A stretch of DNA of 64,000 bases. Source: Hyphochytrium catenoides. Lineage: Eukaryota > Protista > Hyphochytriomycota. The notes under the pieces were generated by a model. The model did not search any database. It saw only the letters and a list, made by a program, of their open reading frames with translations, and was not told the origin of the DNA. Location of the stretch: the NCBI GenBank assembly GCA_900088475.1, contig FLMG01002136.1:11184-75183 (forward strand), given 5' to 3'. Positions 26,768 through 40,784 of the stretch are shown one piece after another; positions within the stretch are counted from its first letter, which is position 1; every line of letters starts with the position of its first letter. The translations under genes and the position numbers were made by a program.

Positions 26768-29700
26768 ATGGCTCGCAGAATCGCGGTTCAAGTCCATGAC
26801 ACCGAGGTGGTTCTCCTTATCCTGGTGGGCTATCGATGTCACTCTTGTATTCTCTCTTCGTCCTGACCAAAGCATCCTGCCATCAGAAGTACCTAAAGAG
26901 CCGTGGCCATCATGAGGCAATGCGGAGTCTTGAAAAAGAGACACGGATGACTGTAGAAGACTATGAGAATGAGACGATAGAGTTCTATCGGGATCTCGTA
27001 TTGGATGGCAAGTGGGATACTCTCATTTCCGAGCTGGAGCCCCTTCGTGGTGCCGGTAATGCCTATGATGAGGTGAGGACGTGGCTCTCCAGCTGCAAGG
27101 CTCCTTGTTCTGAAAGCACCTTCGGCAGGTCCTCTATCAAATCAGAAGACAGATGTACCTGGAGCAGCTCAACCTTCACTGCAAAGTAAGCGCACGAAGC
27201 GATGTACTTCTCGTCCAGGGCAGAACTCATCTCCTTATGTAGGGAGAATCGCTGGATGAGGTAGAGCTTATGCAAGCTCTGGAGATCTTAAGACTATGTG
27301 TAAAGGATGAAAGGGAATTCCATCGCCTTTGCTATCTTATGAGCCTCTCGCAGCTGCAAAAGGACCCGGATTATGCGCATTGGAGCCCACTTTCGGGCCG
27401 GGTGCAGTGCTTTGAAGCTCTGAAGCCGCATCTGCAGCAGGTACAAGGCTACTCGATACCAAGAGTCAAACCAAAAGCTGCGAACACCTGCGGCTCATTC
27501 ATTTGTTCAGGCTCTGGGCTTTGTAGGAAATGCACCGAGGCCAACCATCCCAGCAGAGCAGTTATGCAGTCTGCTGTCGATCGCCATCCAAGAGAAGGTA
27601 CTTGACGTTCTCATGTCCTGCCCACCTAAATAGACTCTCGCCTACTACGATCCAGAGCTTCAGTGCCTTCTATCTCTTGCATCCCAGTCCTCAGCTTCTA
27701 GTAACCTCAAATTTCTAATAACGCCATCCTCCTTCATGGTCTGTCCTTCAGCTGCAGCGTTTTGAGATCACAAAGAGCTTGTCACAAGAGTCATCTCTCG
27801 AGATATCCATTCTCTCCGATAACCTGGTTGGATATATTATCCAGGAAGATGAGCGGACTCCACTCATGCTTAGAGCTGAATCTGTAAGTAGAGCCTTTTC
27901 GTAGATTGGTGCTGCCTTTCAATGTCCCTAATCTTTTCGTCCATCAACCCTTTCCCTGATTGTCACACCCTGATACGTTCTCTTGAGGCTATTAGCCTTA
28001 ATGTCTCACGTTCTCTTGAGGATATTAGCCTTAATGTCTCACAAATTTCTTCATCCTTGCCTTACCTCACCCTGGGTGACTAGGTTCGACCGAAGAACGA
28101 AAATTTATGGGTCGACCTCTCCATCATACCACTGCCTTCAGACTTTAAAGTGAGGCCATAATCTTGCCCAAAGGACCTTCTCCTCTTCCTTCGCCAAAAG
28201 AATCATTCTTTCCCTATCACATAAATTTCTGCTAACGTTTCCCTGCGATGTCTTGTTCCTTATGGTCAGGGCCATAGAGTTTCTTCCTCAACAGTACTTA
28301 CACCTAGTCAAGAGAGTTTGAAGGATCCAGGCGTAGGAGGAAGGGGTCCCCAGGACGACAATGGCTTCAGACCTCTATGTTCGGCAGATGGACAATATAA
28401 TGAGGGTGGAGAAGGAAGTGCGAAGCAAGAATCAGCCACATATGGTGCTATACTTCCACGAAGTACCACAAGTGAAATGGGGCAAGAGATACAGACTACC
28501 CATGAGCAGGAGACAACGAAAGAGTTCAGCAGTGCTTCAGCTTCAGCTGCGCCAATCTTCCCAGTTTCTTCCTTCGGAGATCTTTCTGTTTCCCAACGAA
28601 ATGAGGAAGACCAGAACAACCAAAAGGAAGGAGGCAATGGGTTCGAGGAAAGGGAAAGAGTACCGATACGGAAGAGAATCCAACCAAAGCCTCCACCAGA
28701 GACAGCGCTTCACTCGAATCAGAGAGCTACGCAGCTAATTAATCAGGGTTCCGGCACTACTAGAAAGAAGGATCACCCAGTGGCTGCTGTCCAACCTCCT
28801 TCTAACGAAGACGAGATGAAGATTTCTACAACAGATCACGCCATACCAAAAGCCGGGGGTAGAAAGGGCCTTGCAGATGGGAGCTTAAACTTCAAGGATT
28901 CTGGTTCTGAAAGGATCCCATCCGTGCAACCGTTGGCCTCGGGTGAGCACTCGTTCAGAAATATGTTAGCCTCAATTGCCAGCGTCTCGTGGGTCCACTG
29001 TATTTCATCCTTTCTAACCACAATCTTTCCCATGTCACAGCGGACCAAACTTCTGGAGTTTACCCGTTACTCCAGAAGAGTAGCTCCCCAAAAGTGGCAT
29101 GGCAGTCGCAGTACACTCCTGACGGCGGGGACACTTCTTTAAGCAGCATGCCCGCCAGGTCACTAAACCAGGCAGTGAGCAAAGAGACGCGGAGCCCTTT
29201 CCTTCAACCTGACTCAGTGAGGGTGAAGGGGACAGGCACCCATATTAAGGCGTTCTCCGGCAATAGGGAACCCCAACGCATAGCGGAGGATCTCCAGCTT
29301 ACGTCCGCACGTACAGAGGGAATAGACCTGATTGAACCTAAAGAAACAGAGGAAGACCCAGCAATGCATTCGGAAACATCTTCCCCAACAGGTAGAAATC
29401 CGGCTTCTTTTCTGCAATACGAGCACCTACATGCCAAGCATTTTCAAGAGTATCTTCCTGTGGCCCAGGATACCGAAGATCAGGTACAAGATATGAATAA
29501 GATGCCCCCAATAAGGGAAATATGTAGAATACCCTCTTTAAGGGGACTGCTTTTCGTTCGCTGTTTGACCTAACCCTTACCTCTCAATTTACCTCTAACA
29601 TGCTCTTCTCCTAGCCTATTCGAGCTGTAGCGTTTGATCCCGCTGGTAAATGGCTGGCTGTTGGAACGAACGCAAAGTCTCTTCGAATCTGCTCTGTTAG

Positions 29701-31532
29701 TGAGACTTTCCCTCAGAGTGAAAAAGGCGCCAGCAAGTCCTCAGCTTTTCTAAGCAGGGAAACATTGGGTCCTGGATTTCTCTCTCCTCTTCCTATCGGC
29801 TATGAACGCCCAAACCATCACCTTGGGTCGGTCTATTGCGTGGCGTGGAACTCCGATTCCAGCTTACTTGCGACGGGTAAGGAGTTAGTGAAGACTCACA
29901 TACGCGAGTGCGGATATCCCATGTGCACCCCTCAGCCGCCCATCCTATCTGCGAGTCCGCCGTCTTTTTTTGTACCTGATGGGTCCTGGATAGCCTTGAA
30001 GAAATGTGTCGGGTTCTCAGTTGAACTCTCTTTGTCTCTATCCCTTGTCTCGCTTCGTACAGGCTCAAATGATAAATCTATAAAGGTTATCCGGTTAGTG
30101 CATGGGATGTCTTCCTTCTTAAAGGTGCCAACAGTGTCGTCAGAAGAAGGTCTAGATGTCAAACTGCAAGGACATAATGGAACCGTCCGCTGTCTATCAT
30201 TCTCACCTAGGGGAAGTGATCCTGTACTTTTCTCAGGAGGANNNNNNNNNNNNNNNNNNNNNNNNNNNNNNNNNNNNNNNNNNNNNNNNNNNNNNNNNNN
30301 NNTTACCATCAGCAAGTTAGGAGATGCCACTTATACGTCAGATGGTCTACAGTGCCTGCAGCTCTCGAAGCAACAGCCCCAAATATACTAAGGTTCTGTT
30401 GTTGTCCTTGTGTTTCCAGGAGACAATGCGTGCCGTGTCTGGGATCTCTCGCGGACAGCTCAAGTCCCGACTCTTACTCTCCGCGGCCACTCTGACGTGG
30501 TCTACGATTTGTGTGCACTGGAAAGTGGCCAGCAGGTGAGAGGTCTTTGCATTGTACACTTGAGCATGTCGGAGGGTTGACCCTTCATTTCGCAGTCAGT
30601 TGGTCTTCAGTCGCATCCTGTACTTCTTTTCTTACAGCCGAAATATCTGCCTGTACCTTACTCCTTTGTATCACCGAAGCAGAGATTTTTATAGACTATT
30701 CGAAGTCGTTTCCGGCGTCTGTCTTACCATAATGTGACTCCCTTCCCTTGTTAAATGGGTAGGTGATCTCTGGAGGCGGGGACAAGACTTTGCGCCTTTG
30801 GGATGTACGAAGTGGCTGCTGCGAGCGCATTCTCTACGGAAGCAGCAGCACAATCCAAGCTGTGGCCGTCTCTAGGACGAATCGTAGGTGTATCTAAGCA
30901 TATTCTGAGCAACATACTTCTCAGGCACTGGTGTTCCTTCTGATTTATGATCTGCCCACATCACTCCCCACAACCTTCTGTCTCATTTGATAGTCTTTCA
31001 CCATTGGTCTAATGCAATCTCCGCATCCATCTCAGAGTCTATTGTCGCCACTGGTCATGCCGATAACTCCTTCAAACTATGGGACATCACACAAGGCCGA
31101 ATGCTGTTTGAGCTGGGCCCGCATTCCGATGAGTGCAGGTCTGTCGACTTTTCGCCTGACGGAAAGTGGCTACTTTCAGGTAAAAAGGGTTGTCAGTCCG
31201 TCTTCTTTTGTCCTCGTACGTTGTAGCTCCTTAATATTTCAGCCTTCCATAGCTTATCTGGCAGTTCGGCCTGCAACTCTTCCGCCCAACGATAAGTGAG
31301 CGTCTGCCGATTGAGTCAATCTAACTTCGTCTACCTAGGGTCTTTTGATGGCTGTGCGATCGTGTCTTCTGTGTACTCCTCTTTGCCGCCTCAGGAGCGA
31401 ATCGTCGCCACCTACAAAGGACATAGTGATAAGTTGCTGCAAGCAAAATGGCATCCCTTGCTCCCTGTTTTTGTTACAACCAGTGCCGACAAAACAGTCA
31501 AGCTTTGGATGCGAAAGACTCTGGCGCCGTAA
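26768..31532 (+). CDS. WDR47: WD repeat-containing protein 47 (Nemitin; LisH-CTLH plus C-terminal WD40); multi-exon, contains an N gap
   Basis: VHDTEVVLLIL..YLKSRGHHEAMRSLEKET..FYRDLVLDGKWD (LisH/CTLH); [96 protein letters not shown]. Confidence 0.9.
27975..28040. repeat. Intronic 33-bp tandem duplication (2 copies, 1 mismatch)
   Basis: ACGTTCTCTTGAGG(C/A)TATTAGCCTTAATGTCTC at 27975-28007 and 28008-28040. Confidence 0.9.
30242..30302. other. Assembly gap (run of N) at the end of a WDR47 exon
   Basis: N characters in the sequence. Confidence 0.99.
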
Positions 31533-32113
31533 GGAGAATGGGAAACAAGTGTTATTGCGGGCGAGGATCACGACTTGTGTTAAGTTGTTCCCCTTCATTG
31601 GACGATGCAAGTCGGAGTACTATGCAGATTGGCAGGAACAGAATTCACTGATGCAGAGACAAGAGCTAACATCCAGTCGTCTACTGGAGGCAAAGACGAC
31701 AAGTCCGGCTTATGCCGTGGGAGGACCCGGGACGTTCAAGTGAAGCGCTAGTAGCCATTCTGCACACTAAAGGGAAAGAATGCAGGCGGGAACAAGCCAT
31801 GTTCAAGGGCAGGTGGAGAATAAGAAGCTTAGTAGGCGTTTTCCCATTACGACCAAAGGGAGAGGCACGGGTTTGGTGGCGCACCTACATCATCGGACAT
31901 TGACGTTATACATAGAGTGTCGGGACCGCACCGTTTCTTTTATTGTTTGCCTCAAGGCCGCAGAAGCCCCGGCATAGGTTTGTTAACCTTCTAGTACTCA
32001 GTATGACGAAGCCAGGTCGACCTTCAACGACCTGCGAGTTAACAAGGACTGAGGTCGGTGGTTATAACCTGACACCTCTCTCAAATAAATTAGGTAAAAG
32101 CATTGACAAATCA

Positions 32114-35100
32114 CTATCCCCCAGGAGTTCTGAGCCTGATTTCGGGCCCTTTGGTCTTCAAAGTCTTTGGGTTTCTTGCTGCCTGTGGAGGAGACATGAA
32201 ATTGAAGAGGCCTCCACTTCTTGAAAGTTCCTTCTTTCCCACAGCGCCTTCCTTGTTCTCATCGTGGAGTCCTGCAGACATTTTCCCTGATGGACCATTG
32301 CCACCAAAGGCAGAATCCTTTACAAAAAGTGGTCAGCTTAGGAGGCGCTTCACACTCTCTTGAAGTCCCTATCTGTTCTGTGCGGACCACTTCTTCCGAT
32401 CAGGTGAAAGGTGCTTGCTTACCATAGGTACGGACGAAATGTCCTGAGAAGCCGAAGTGCCAGCCTTGCCAAATGCGTCCTTTACCTTGCTTGAGGCACT
32501 GAGTTGTTCCTCTGTAGACCAGAAGCACATGATTAGGGGCCTTTATGCTGGAGAGTAGAACTAGAAAAGATGGTGGACGAGAATGTTTAGAAGTAAGGAG
32601 GGGCTTTTCATCGGCCAACCGGACGTATGTTAACCAGAGGTATGGCACCATTGTGATAGCCAGTACCTTTCAAATACGAGTACTTGGAGAATGCTTCACT
32701 GGGTGACGCTAGAGCGTAGGGCGGCCGGTTCGCAGGCGGCGTCCGAAGGCCAATTCTTCGATCAAGTCGGGAAGGTTGCCGCCGCCCGGTAAGGTCTGGT
32801 TCATCTGAGGTAGAGGGGGTTAAGCGTTGCATGCAGACTAGGACTGTCAAGTGGGAGTCGTCTCATTTCGTTATCGACCAACGGGACCGCTGACCTTGAT
32901 TTGTAAGATTGCTTGGGACCGGGCTAACTGAGGATCCCTTTGGGAACAATGATACGGGATGGGAGGGTGAAGCACCAGGGGACACAGCTGTTCGGAATGC
33001 AGCAAGATAGAGGGTATCATGTACTTAGACGCTACGTACGGGGGACAATGGGGGACATGACCCAGTGCCAAGATGAACCCTTACTTGCTTGCTGTGGAGG
33101 ATCCTGAGTCATCTCCACGGGTGATCCTCTCGGCCTCCTATTGGACAATGGTGGACGGCCAAGAATGATGTGTTCGTTCCTTAATGGTTGATCTTGGGCA
33201 AAGTCTTGGCCTTTGAAGGCATCGAGGCCATCCTCGTTTGGCCCAGGTGCATGTGTCCGCAGCGACAGACCTGGAGTCTGCTGAGTTGAGTGCATTGGCA
33301 CTCTAGCCAGAGGAGAAGGCGATTGGAAGGTACGTCCTTGAGTTCGGGTTACCCTGACTGGGTAGGGGGATCGCCCTGAGAACTCTACCGGGGACACCAT
33401 CTGTTCGGGTAAGCGATTGCAAGGCGAGTTTATGTTGAGTGTTGCTAAGCTTTAAAAAGCTTCTACCAGCAACAACAGAGTTCTCACCTCAGCAGCAAGC
33501 GCTCTCCTCAGCGGGGTCATGCCTGGGACTGCCGGTATATCTCCCACTTCCTCTTCTTCCATCGCCTTAGGCAAAGGATCTTAGTTACTCTCTTCTGGGT
33601 GTAGTATTCTTTTCAACATCTCGTCTGCCTTTAGGTTATGATTATCCTGACCCCTCCATGCTCTTATTATTGGTAGGTGCAACGTCTTGTGAGTTTTCTC
33701 TTCTAACCCTGATTTAACTCACCTCAGAGCGCAAGCTATCATTCAGGAATGAAGCGGTAGGTGCTTGCCTTTCAGTTGCATCTGCTATATGTTGGAATGG
33801 AAGTACAGGGACCAAAGGCGCATGGACAATCTCTTCGATAAAGCTTTGTGCTCTCCCTTCTCCCCATCGCTCCAGCATTTTCTTCTGCATCAGCTGTATT
33901 AGAGCTCTTGCAGGAGTTACAACGCTTAAAGAGGCTATTTCGGCTCATGACGACACGGAACTAGACTTGCAGCAAAGCTTTGACTGAGACTGACCTGGCA
34001 AATCCCAGGTAATGATTCTACAAATGCACGAGTTAAGGCGGTTCGCACTTGAAGGGTTGCCAGATTAGCCGAAGGTGCCTGAGCACGAAGAATATCCCTG
34101 CAACGTGGTAACATTAGCATCATATTCTTCCATTTGAACCATTCCGTTGCCCTCCGCCATCCATCTCGTGAGCACGACTGGCTGTAACAAAACGAACCCT
34201 ATTTGACAAAGTACATAAGATTGTTCCCTACCTGTGGGCCTGATCTAGCCTCAGCGCTTTCTCCAGTTGCTGGTGTTGAAGATAGTATGACAGGAGGAAG
34301 TCCACGGCTCGAAGACAAGACGGGGATGCCCAGCCTCCAAAAAATTGATGAGAGAGTAAAAATCGCTCAAGACAGCTCTGCTCAACATGGTTTAGTGCTG
34401 ATGTCAGCAGACTCCACACCTCTTCACCTAAGAGCGACATACGCACAACATGAGCGACTTTGGCTAACGTTGGAAGAAGCGACAAGAATAGGGTTAGGAT
34501 ACAAAGGTAGGCGGCATCTTAGAAGCCCCCGGATCAGAATTAGTACAGTGTAGGCAGTTAGATCACTAAGTCAAGATGCAATGATTTACCTTCCCTACGG
34601 ATAAAAACCCATGTGAAGCATAGGAGGAGTAGGGACTCTGCAATGCTCCGGCTATAGCCCAGGGCCACTCCTGCCCTTTTTAAGGTACCTTCAAGCTCAT
34701 TTAAGTCCACAGAGAGTAGGTGGGGCACCTGACGATGTAGGAAGAGTGCTGCTTGCCATTCATGCTACCGTTCGAAAAGAGGAGAAGAGCTGGTGAGACG
34801 TAGAAATGACGGCATCTGACAGGAAATAATGAGAAAGAATAGCAAGGAGGGAAGACAACGTCAACCAGAGCTCATTGGAGAGGCTACTGGCTATGAGTGC
34901 CGGAACGTTGGCTTGGCAGAGGGTTCTTCCACTAACATTGAGAAGGAGAATCTGGGTTGCAATTAGAGCAAAATCTGGGGACCAGTCTTCATATGGCGGC
35001 TGCAACGCTGCAAGCAGTTCTAAAGCAGTGCTAAATTCACCGCCGTACGTGAATGACTGTAGAGCAGCCACTTTGATGGGCAGCTCCATTGTCGATACCT

Positions 35101-37570
35101 TAAGATCACGCAGGAGGGTGCTACATACAAGCCGATAAACAGAATAGCGTTATGTTGATGGTGAGTTCTTAGGAAACGCCACACGAATAGGCAGTGACTC
35201 AAGGGCGACAGTGAGACACAGAGAAGGTGATGAGGTGAAGGATCAGATACTAATAGTGGACGTTCGCCCTTGCATGAGAAGCAAGGCCACTCAGATGTCC
35301 AAAGCGATGAAATCGCCAGGAAATTATGAAACGGAAATCAGTACAACTGGTGTTTAGTAAGATTGTACCTTGCCATGGTCTGTCCCTCTGTTATACCAGA
35401 ATCTAAGAGCCACAGGGCTACCGTGGCACTCTTAATATGATCAGGGAACTCCAAGGCGGCAGAGAAGGAGTTCGCGACCTGATAGATCTTCTTCGGGAAG
35501 TTTTCATCTCTCTCTGGAAAGACGTCAAAGGAAAAAAAGATATGTGAGCAATCTCCCCATGGATTGAACAATCACTAGGCTGAACTGGTATTAGGTAACA
35601 AAGCGCTATTGTCTCAAGCGGCAAGCCAATATGCCTAAGTTCTCTCGGGAAATGTAAGCGAGACGATTAGGGTGGTACTAACTTTCCGCATGGCCGAGGG
35701 CGAAACTATCAAGCACTGTGTACAGCAGTAGCGAGAGTCTTGATAACTCCGAGAGGTCAAGCACAGAGCGAAGCCGCTGGGTCGTTGTAGGGTCGGGGTT
35801 AAGAATCGTGGAGATGTCACTGAGTTGATGGAGAGGGAGTAACGATAGATCCTCTCTTGCCAGCCCTCCCTCCAAGAGAAGGTGCTCTATGATAAGTAGA
35901 GATTCCTCTCCTGCAATAGAGAGGGGAACAAGGAGAGGTGGCAGGCCAGGTTTGGAGAGGTGTGAACTCTGGGTCAGAACTTCCCACGATATTCGCAGAG
36001 ATGGGGTCCATGCTACAAAGCATTGAAGTGCATAACATGTTTTGAATTCTGGGAGAACTGAGCCAACGAGTGAAAAAGATACATACGAAGTAAGAAGGGC
36101 ACCTTTGAAGCTTCCCGTCAAATCCCAGTAGGATCGAAAGCTTTGGGCAGCTCTTTGCATATTCTGACGTTTGGTAGCGTAGAGTCCCTTTAGCTTACTG
36201 TCGGGAAATGCAAGACCCTGAGAAAGAGTCCAAGCAAGAAACTGAACTTGGAGTATCGATCGCTCAATTGCCTAAGAATAAGAAACAGATAGGGCGTAAG
36301 CGTAAGGGCTCCTACTCTTAACACGGCACTTGGGCCAACGGGCAATATCGTGTGCCGTGTAATTCACAAATCAAAGGGTTCGGACTGTCTATCATGACTT
36401 GATAGTCCCCAGAGAAGAAGTGAATTAGTTCTCTCCCGTCGTACTTCAATTTTGCTCATCAACGCTAGTTCTCCTTCTTGAGTGATAGCTTGAACCTCAT
36501 CATAAGTAGCTAAGTCATCAGAGTAGTGCTGCAGCGTCTCTCTCAAGCGAGAGATTAACGCCTTCATAACAGAGTTCAGGGCTCGCAGCTTCGAAGAGGC
36601 AGTCTGGAGATCAGAACGAGAGACGATAGTGGGGCCAAACGCGTTAGGCGTGCTGAATAAGAACGGTGCATAGTGAGAGGATACTGTTGGGAAGAAGCGA
36701 TAGAAAGTTTCGATGTGGAAGGAGCGCAGTTGACGTGCTGTCCACACCATATTGGAGACCTCAGTAGATAAAGAAGTTCCTAAGATTCTACTAATATCCA
36801 ACAGGTGATAAGGCTCAGGATGGGGCCGGTGGTGGGGGGCGAAGAGATACCTCTAAGACCATTGAAAACTCTGTCCTGGTCTTCTCTGTGTAAGGTTGAG
36901 ATCCGACAAGATATTTTAAAGCTTTGGTACGGGTAAACTCCAAAGCATCCTTCTGCAAACATTGCACTCGGTCCCATGCCCAAGATTGTATAGTTCTTGG
37001 ATCGTCAAGGAGGTAGTGTAGTGCTTGAGGTCAAATAGACGAGAAGAGGTGCTGCTATTAGCTCAACGGCATGAACAAAACAGGCAGGGTGCTGGTCAAT
37101 CAAAAAAGTCATAAAACCTTTTGCGAAGTTGGGAACCACCACGAGAGCGTGATGATGGGCGGAGGTGGGTCAAAGCTTTGGAAGACGCGGATGAAGGGCC
37201 CCCAGTGAAAGACTCAGAAGAAGGTGAGTTAAAGAGATGATAATGCTGTCAGTCTAAACGGAGCCATTGGGGGAAGCGCGCCAGCAGAATATCGCCAGAG
37301 TATTCCAAGGAAAGGGAGAAGCAGAAAGTGCATAGCCATTAGTACCGTTATGGCCATCCTCCGAGCCAGGAGGAGTGTTCCTTTTCTCCAGTATATACTG
37401 ACATATAAAGGGAGCCCAACCAAGGTCCAGCACCACGTCGCAAAGAGCTCGTCTCTGCTGCAGCACATCTGAGGAGATTTCGTGAACAAGGCCGTAGCCT
37501 TTGCATTCTGTAAGGAACGGTCCTGGGCAGTTGAAAACTTCAGTGCCACGACTGAAGTTGTCGAGAACCT
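32114..37570 (-). CDS. ELYS-domain nucleoporin, HOS1-like, with a long low-complexity S/P/R-rich C-terminus; both ends approximate
   Basis: Exon peptides RALCDVVLDLGWAPFICQYILEK, IQSWAWDRV, SNMVWTARQ, SLLIIEHLL, SLLLYTVLD, ANSFSAALEFPDHIKSATVALWLLD and DFLLSYYLQHQQLEKAL parallel recalled plant HOS1/ELYS blocks (LFDVAM.NNLISVVCHYI; IMVWCIRH; LFIEDAL; IFLYYL.D; F.LLD; LVFYLQR.RY.EA). Confidence 0.6.
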
Positions 37571-38448
37571 ATCAATCAGCCAATTAGTTTGAGGTGCGCT
37601 CAGTTGAAATGGCCATTGACGCCCCAGAGACTAAGGAAAGGTTGTACCGAAAAGAAAAAGACGATGAACACGCATAGTAGCACGTTAATAGTGGAGCTTG
37701 CAGATGAACCTATCTGAAGAGTAAGAGTTCGTCGTCAGTTGTCTTACGATTTGCGTGATTCTGGGTGTCGCCATCCTGACCGCCTTCGCCTTCGCCTCGC
37801 CCTTGTCTTCTGGGCGTTTGCTTCCTCTCCCGCAAGCCTTACTAGCTAGCCACCATCTGTATCCAACCCACTGCTGAGTTTACCCTCACGACTTCTTAGG
37901 AATAGAAGGCGTGGCTGGTCTCCTTGCTTCTCAGCTGTCAGTCGCGATAAACTCTTCCATCAAAAAGCTTCATGTGCTCGATAATAAGAGCTCTCAAATC
38001 TTCAAAACAATGGTGCTGTGAGAATCCTTGAAAGCCGAATATTTCAATCTCATGACTTTCTACTCCCTCTACAAGCGACAACAATAACCGTAATATACTT
38101 TTTCGAAATCGTTATGAACAAATATGATGCTGGCACCAAACATCAAGGTTTGAGTGATCGGATCACCTGCCTCCCAGCATCATGAAGCTGCATCGGCGCG
38201 ACGACCGCTAGAGCTCCAGAAAGCTCTTGGCCAGCAGCCATTCGCACCTCACAGCCAACGAGACAGAAGCAATGAGGTTGGGCCTCCTCAGACCTGTTGT
38301 TTAACTGTTTTGCTGGCATCTAAAGCCGAAGGCGTGACGGCGGTTCTCACTGGAATACGTAGCACTACCGGACAGACGTCAAGCTGCACAATGCCTTGAC
38401 GATTGTGGCTGCAGTTCTGGTGGTCCTAACCTCTACTGAAATCTATTC

Positions 38449-40784
38449 TTGGGCCATGAGCCACGAGGGAGGAATGGATCATCCCTCTTAAAGCTCCATA
38501 AGACTCTTGGCTGTCTTTACGACACTCTCAAAGCAATGCGCAGAGCACTACAAGGTCCTATTTTCAAACCCTCGGGGGAACTTTGCAGTGGCACCAGTAG
38601 GAATCAAGCACCGCCTGAAGACGGTGCTAGCCGAGAACCCGCCGTACTTGAGGTGGGCCGTTCAAAGGAATTGACCCAAGAGTTGTACACTCTACGGTTC
38701 TGCTACGGCGGCACGCCTCTCACGCCTCTTTGTCTCATCTCCCTTTTCTCTCAAGAGGATGGCTTGAGTTTCTTCTTCCTCGAACCGGTTACTTGCTATT
38801 CCTTCCCCCAAGGTCTACAAGTGCTATTCTACTAACTATCCACTTGTCGTTCCTAGACTCCTCTTCCATCCCGTGCAAGAGCTCATGCCTTTCAGAGTCC
38901 CGCCCAGGGCCTGACTTCGACCTCCAGAGTTTGTATGGGCGCTGCCCTTCAGATACCTTACGCCTTTATTACGAAGTAAGTCTCTAGTTATCCTGTAGCT
39001 TCCGTTGCTGTTTCTACCAGCTCTTTCCAAGTGGCGCTGAGGCTTGTATCGCGGTTCTTATGTGTTTAGATATGTCAAAAGCAGAGGGGAAGCGACCACC
39101 CTACTTCAGATTGGCTATCAGGGAAAGGTACTAGATCTCCTTTTGAAGTACTATGCATATTATGCCGAGGATGATGAGGTAAGCAGCGATCGCGGTATAG
39201 GCTGTCACCTAGCAAGACGTGTAGGGATATATTACGACTGTAGGCCCATGAAAGTTGTACTCGATATAGGGAACCTGATTACAAGGGTTAGTGCTAGCCT
39301 GGGCAAGAAAGTGCATATACCAGCCGCGGATAACCTACAACCAGAAAGTTGACTAAACGTTTCGTATATTTACTGCTTGCAGGCGTTCTGTGGCGCCAAG
39401 GATTTCATAGAATATTCCGGCGATAAGACGTACTATTCCCTGCTGCCTCTCATGGGTCAGGCACATCCATCTCTCGGTTGTGCGCTGTGAACGTCATCTT
39501 AAACTCTGCCCCTTTGTCCTCTGTCCAGTTCAGGCGTACAAAGCTCATCAGAAGAGCCGTAAGAGCATCCACAAGCGCCTAGAAGCAACCCTTCAAGAAT
39601 TATCTAAGCTTTTGGTTCGTATCTAGTGTTGCCTTGTATGGTACCTTTATCATCCACTTCCTCCCTGAAATCCTCCATAAGCTTTTTACAATAGACACTT
39701 TACTGGTCCAACTGGTAAATCTGACACTCTTCTATATATATTCTCAGGAGAACCTATCTAATCTCATAGATATGAATACGAGTATGGCGCAGGAGCTGAA
39801 ACTGGCCGGCTGCACACCCCTTGCAGAAGAGAAGCTTTCGCTGTAAGTGCAGTTGGAGGAAACCGAGAAACTCAATTCGGGGAGTCTGTAGGACGCGTTG
39901 TAGCCGTGGAAATATCACACGTAGTGATGTTCATTGCAGCTGGTCGTCTAATATCTCAGCAAGCTATCCAACTGATCATCTGTCGTGCAAACAGAGCACA
40001 GACTGAAGAAGTGTTAAGGAAGCGGCTCTCCCTTCTGCTGTCGGGACAACCGTCACTTGTGTCAACCGTCGCCTGGCCTCACGGAGCCTCTTATGAGGGA
40101 CTCTCATTCGGCTCTTCTCCTCTCTCCTCGGTGCTTTCCTCGGTGGGCAAGGCAACTCATAGTGGGATAATCCTCACTCAGCGGACACCTGATCTTCAGC
40201 AGAAGAGAAGGAAGCCCCCCATTGCGTGCCCTATGCCTGATATTGGCAATAATACGCCCACGCCACCTACTCCTCCAGATAACGGTCCTGATGAGAATAC
40301 CCCTCAGAGTCAGGATAGCACCCCAACTTCAAATGCGGGTACGTAAGGTTCGCCACCATCAAGCTGTGGTTGAGATGACTTAGATAGGTAGTGAGTATTA
40401 GGCATCAGCAACAGCGACGGGTAGACTGCAGTTCTGTAGGCCTCTAGAGGGTTTCCACGCGTTTCCAAACTGGAAGCTCATAGCATTCTGTTGACGTTGC
40501 CTGCGGCTTAAAATGTTTGTCTTGAGATAGGCACAAAGGTGCAGGAAGGGGAGAGGGACAGGTTATCCGCGAAATGCTCCCAGAGCTCCTCGTCCCCAAG
40601 CACTACGTCGCTTTCCCCATCTTTGGCGCGGATATCTCAGCCTGTCCCTTTGTTTCAAGAGAAGAAGTTCAGCGAGGCCATGGGATTTTGCAGTAGTGCG
40701 GACAGTGAGGAGGGTAAAGAGCCGGCAGAAGGTAGACCGCTGCAAGTCTTTGTTGATAGACCCATTATCATGTTCCACGGCTGA
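38449..40784 (+). CDS. Hypothetical multi-exon protein with a coiled-coil middle and Ser/Pro-rich tail; start uncertain
   Basis: Successive GT-AG exons stay open: LLKLHKTLGCLYDTLKAMRRAL / DFDLQSLYGRCPSDTLRLYYE / YVKSRGEATTLLQIGY..DDE / AFCGAKDFIEY / IHKRLEATLQELSKLL / ..RPIIMFHG*. No family recognised. Confidence 0.5.
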
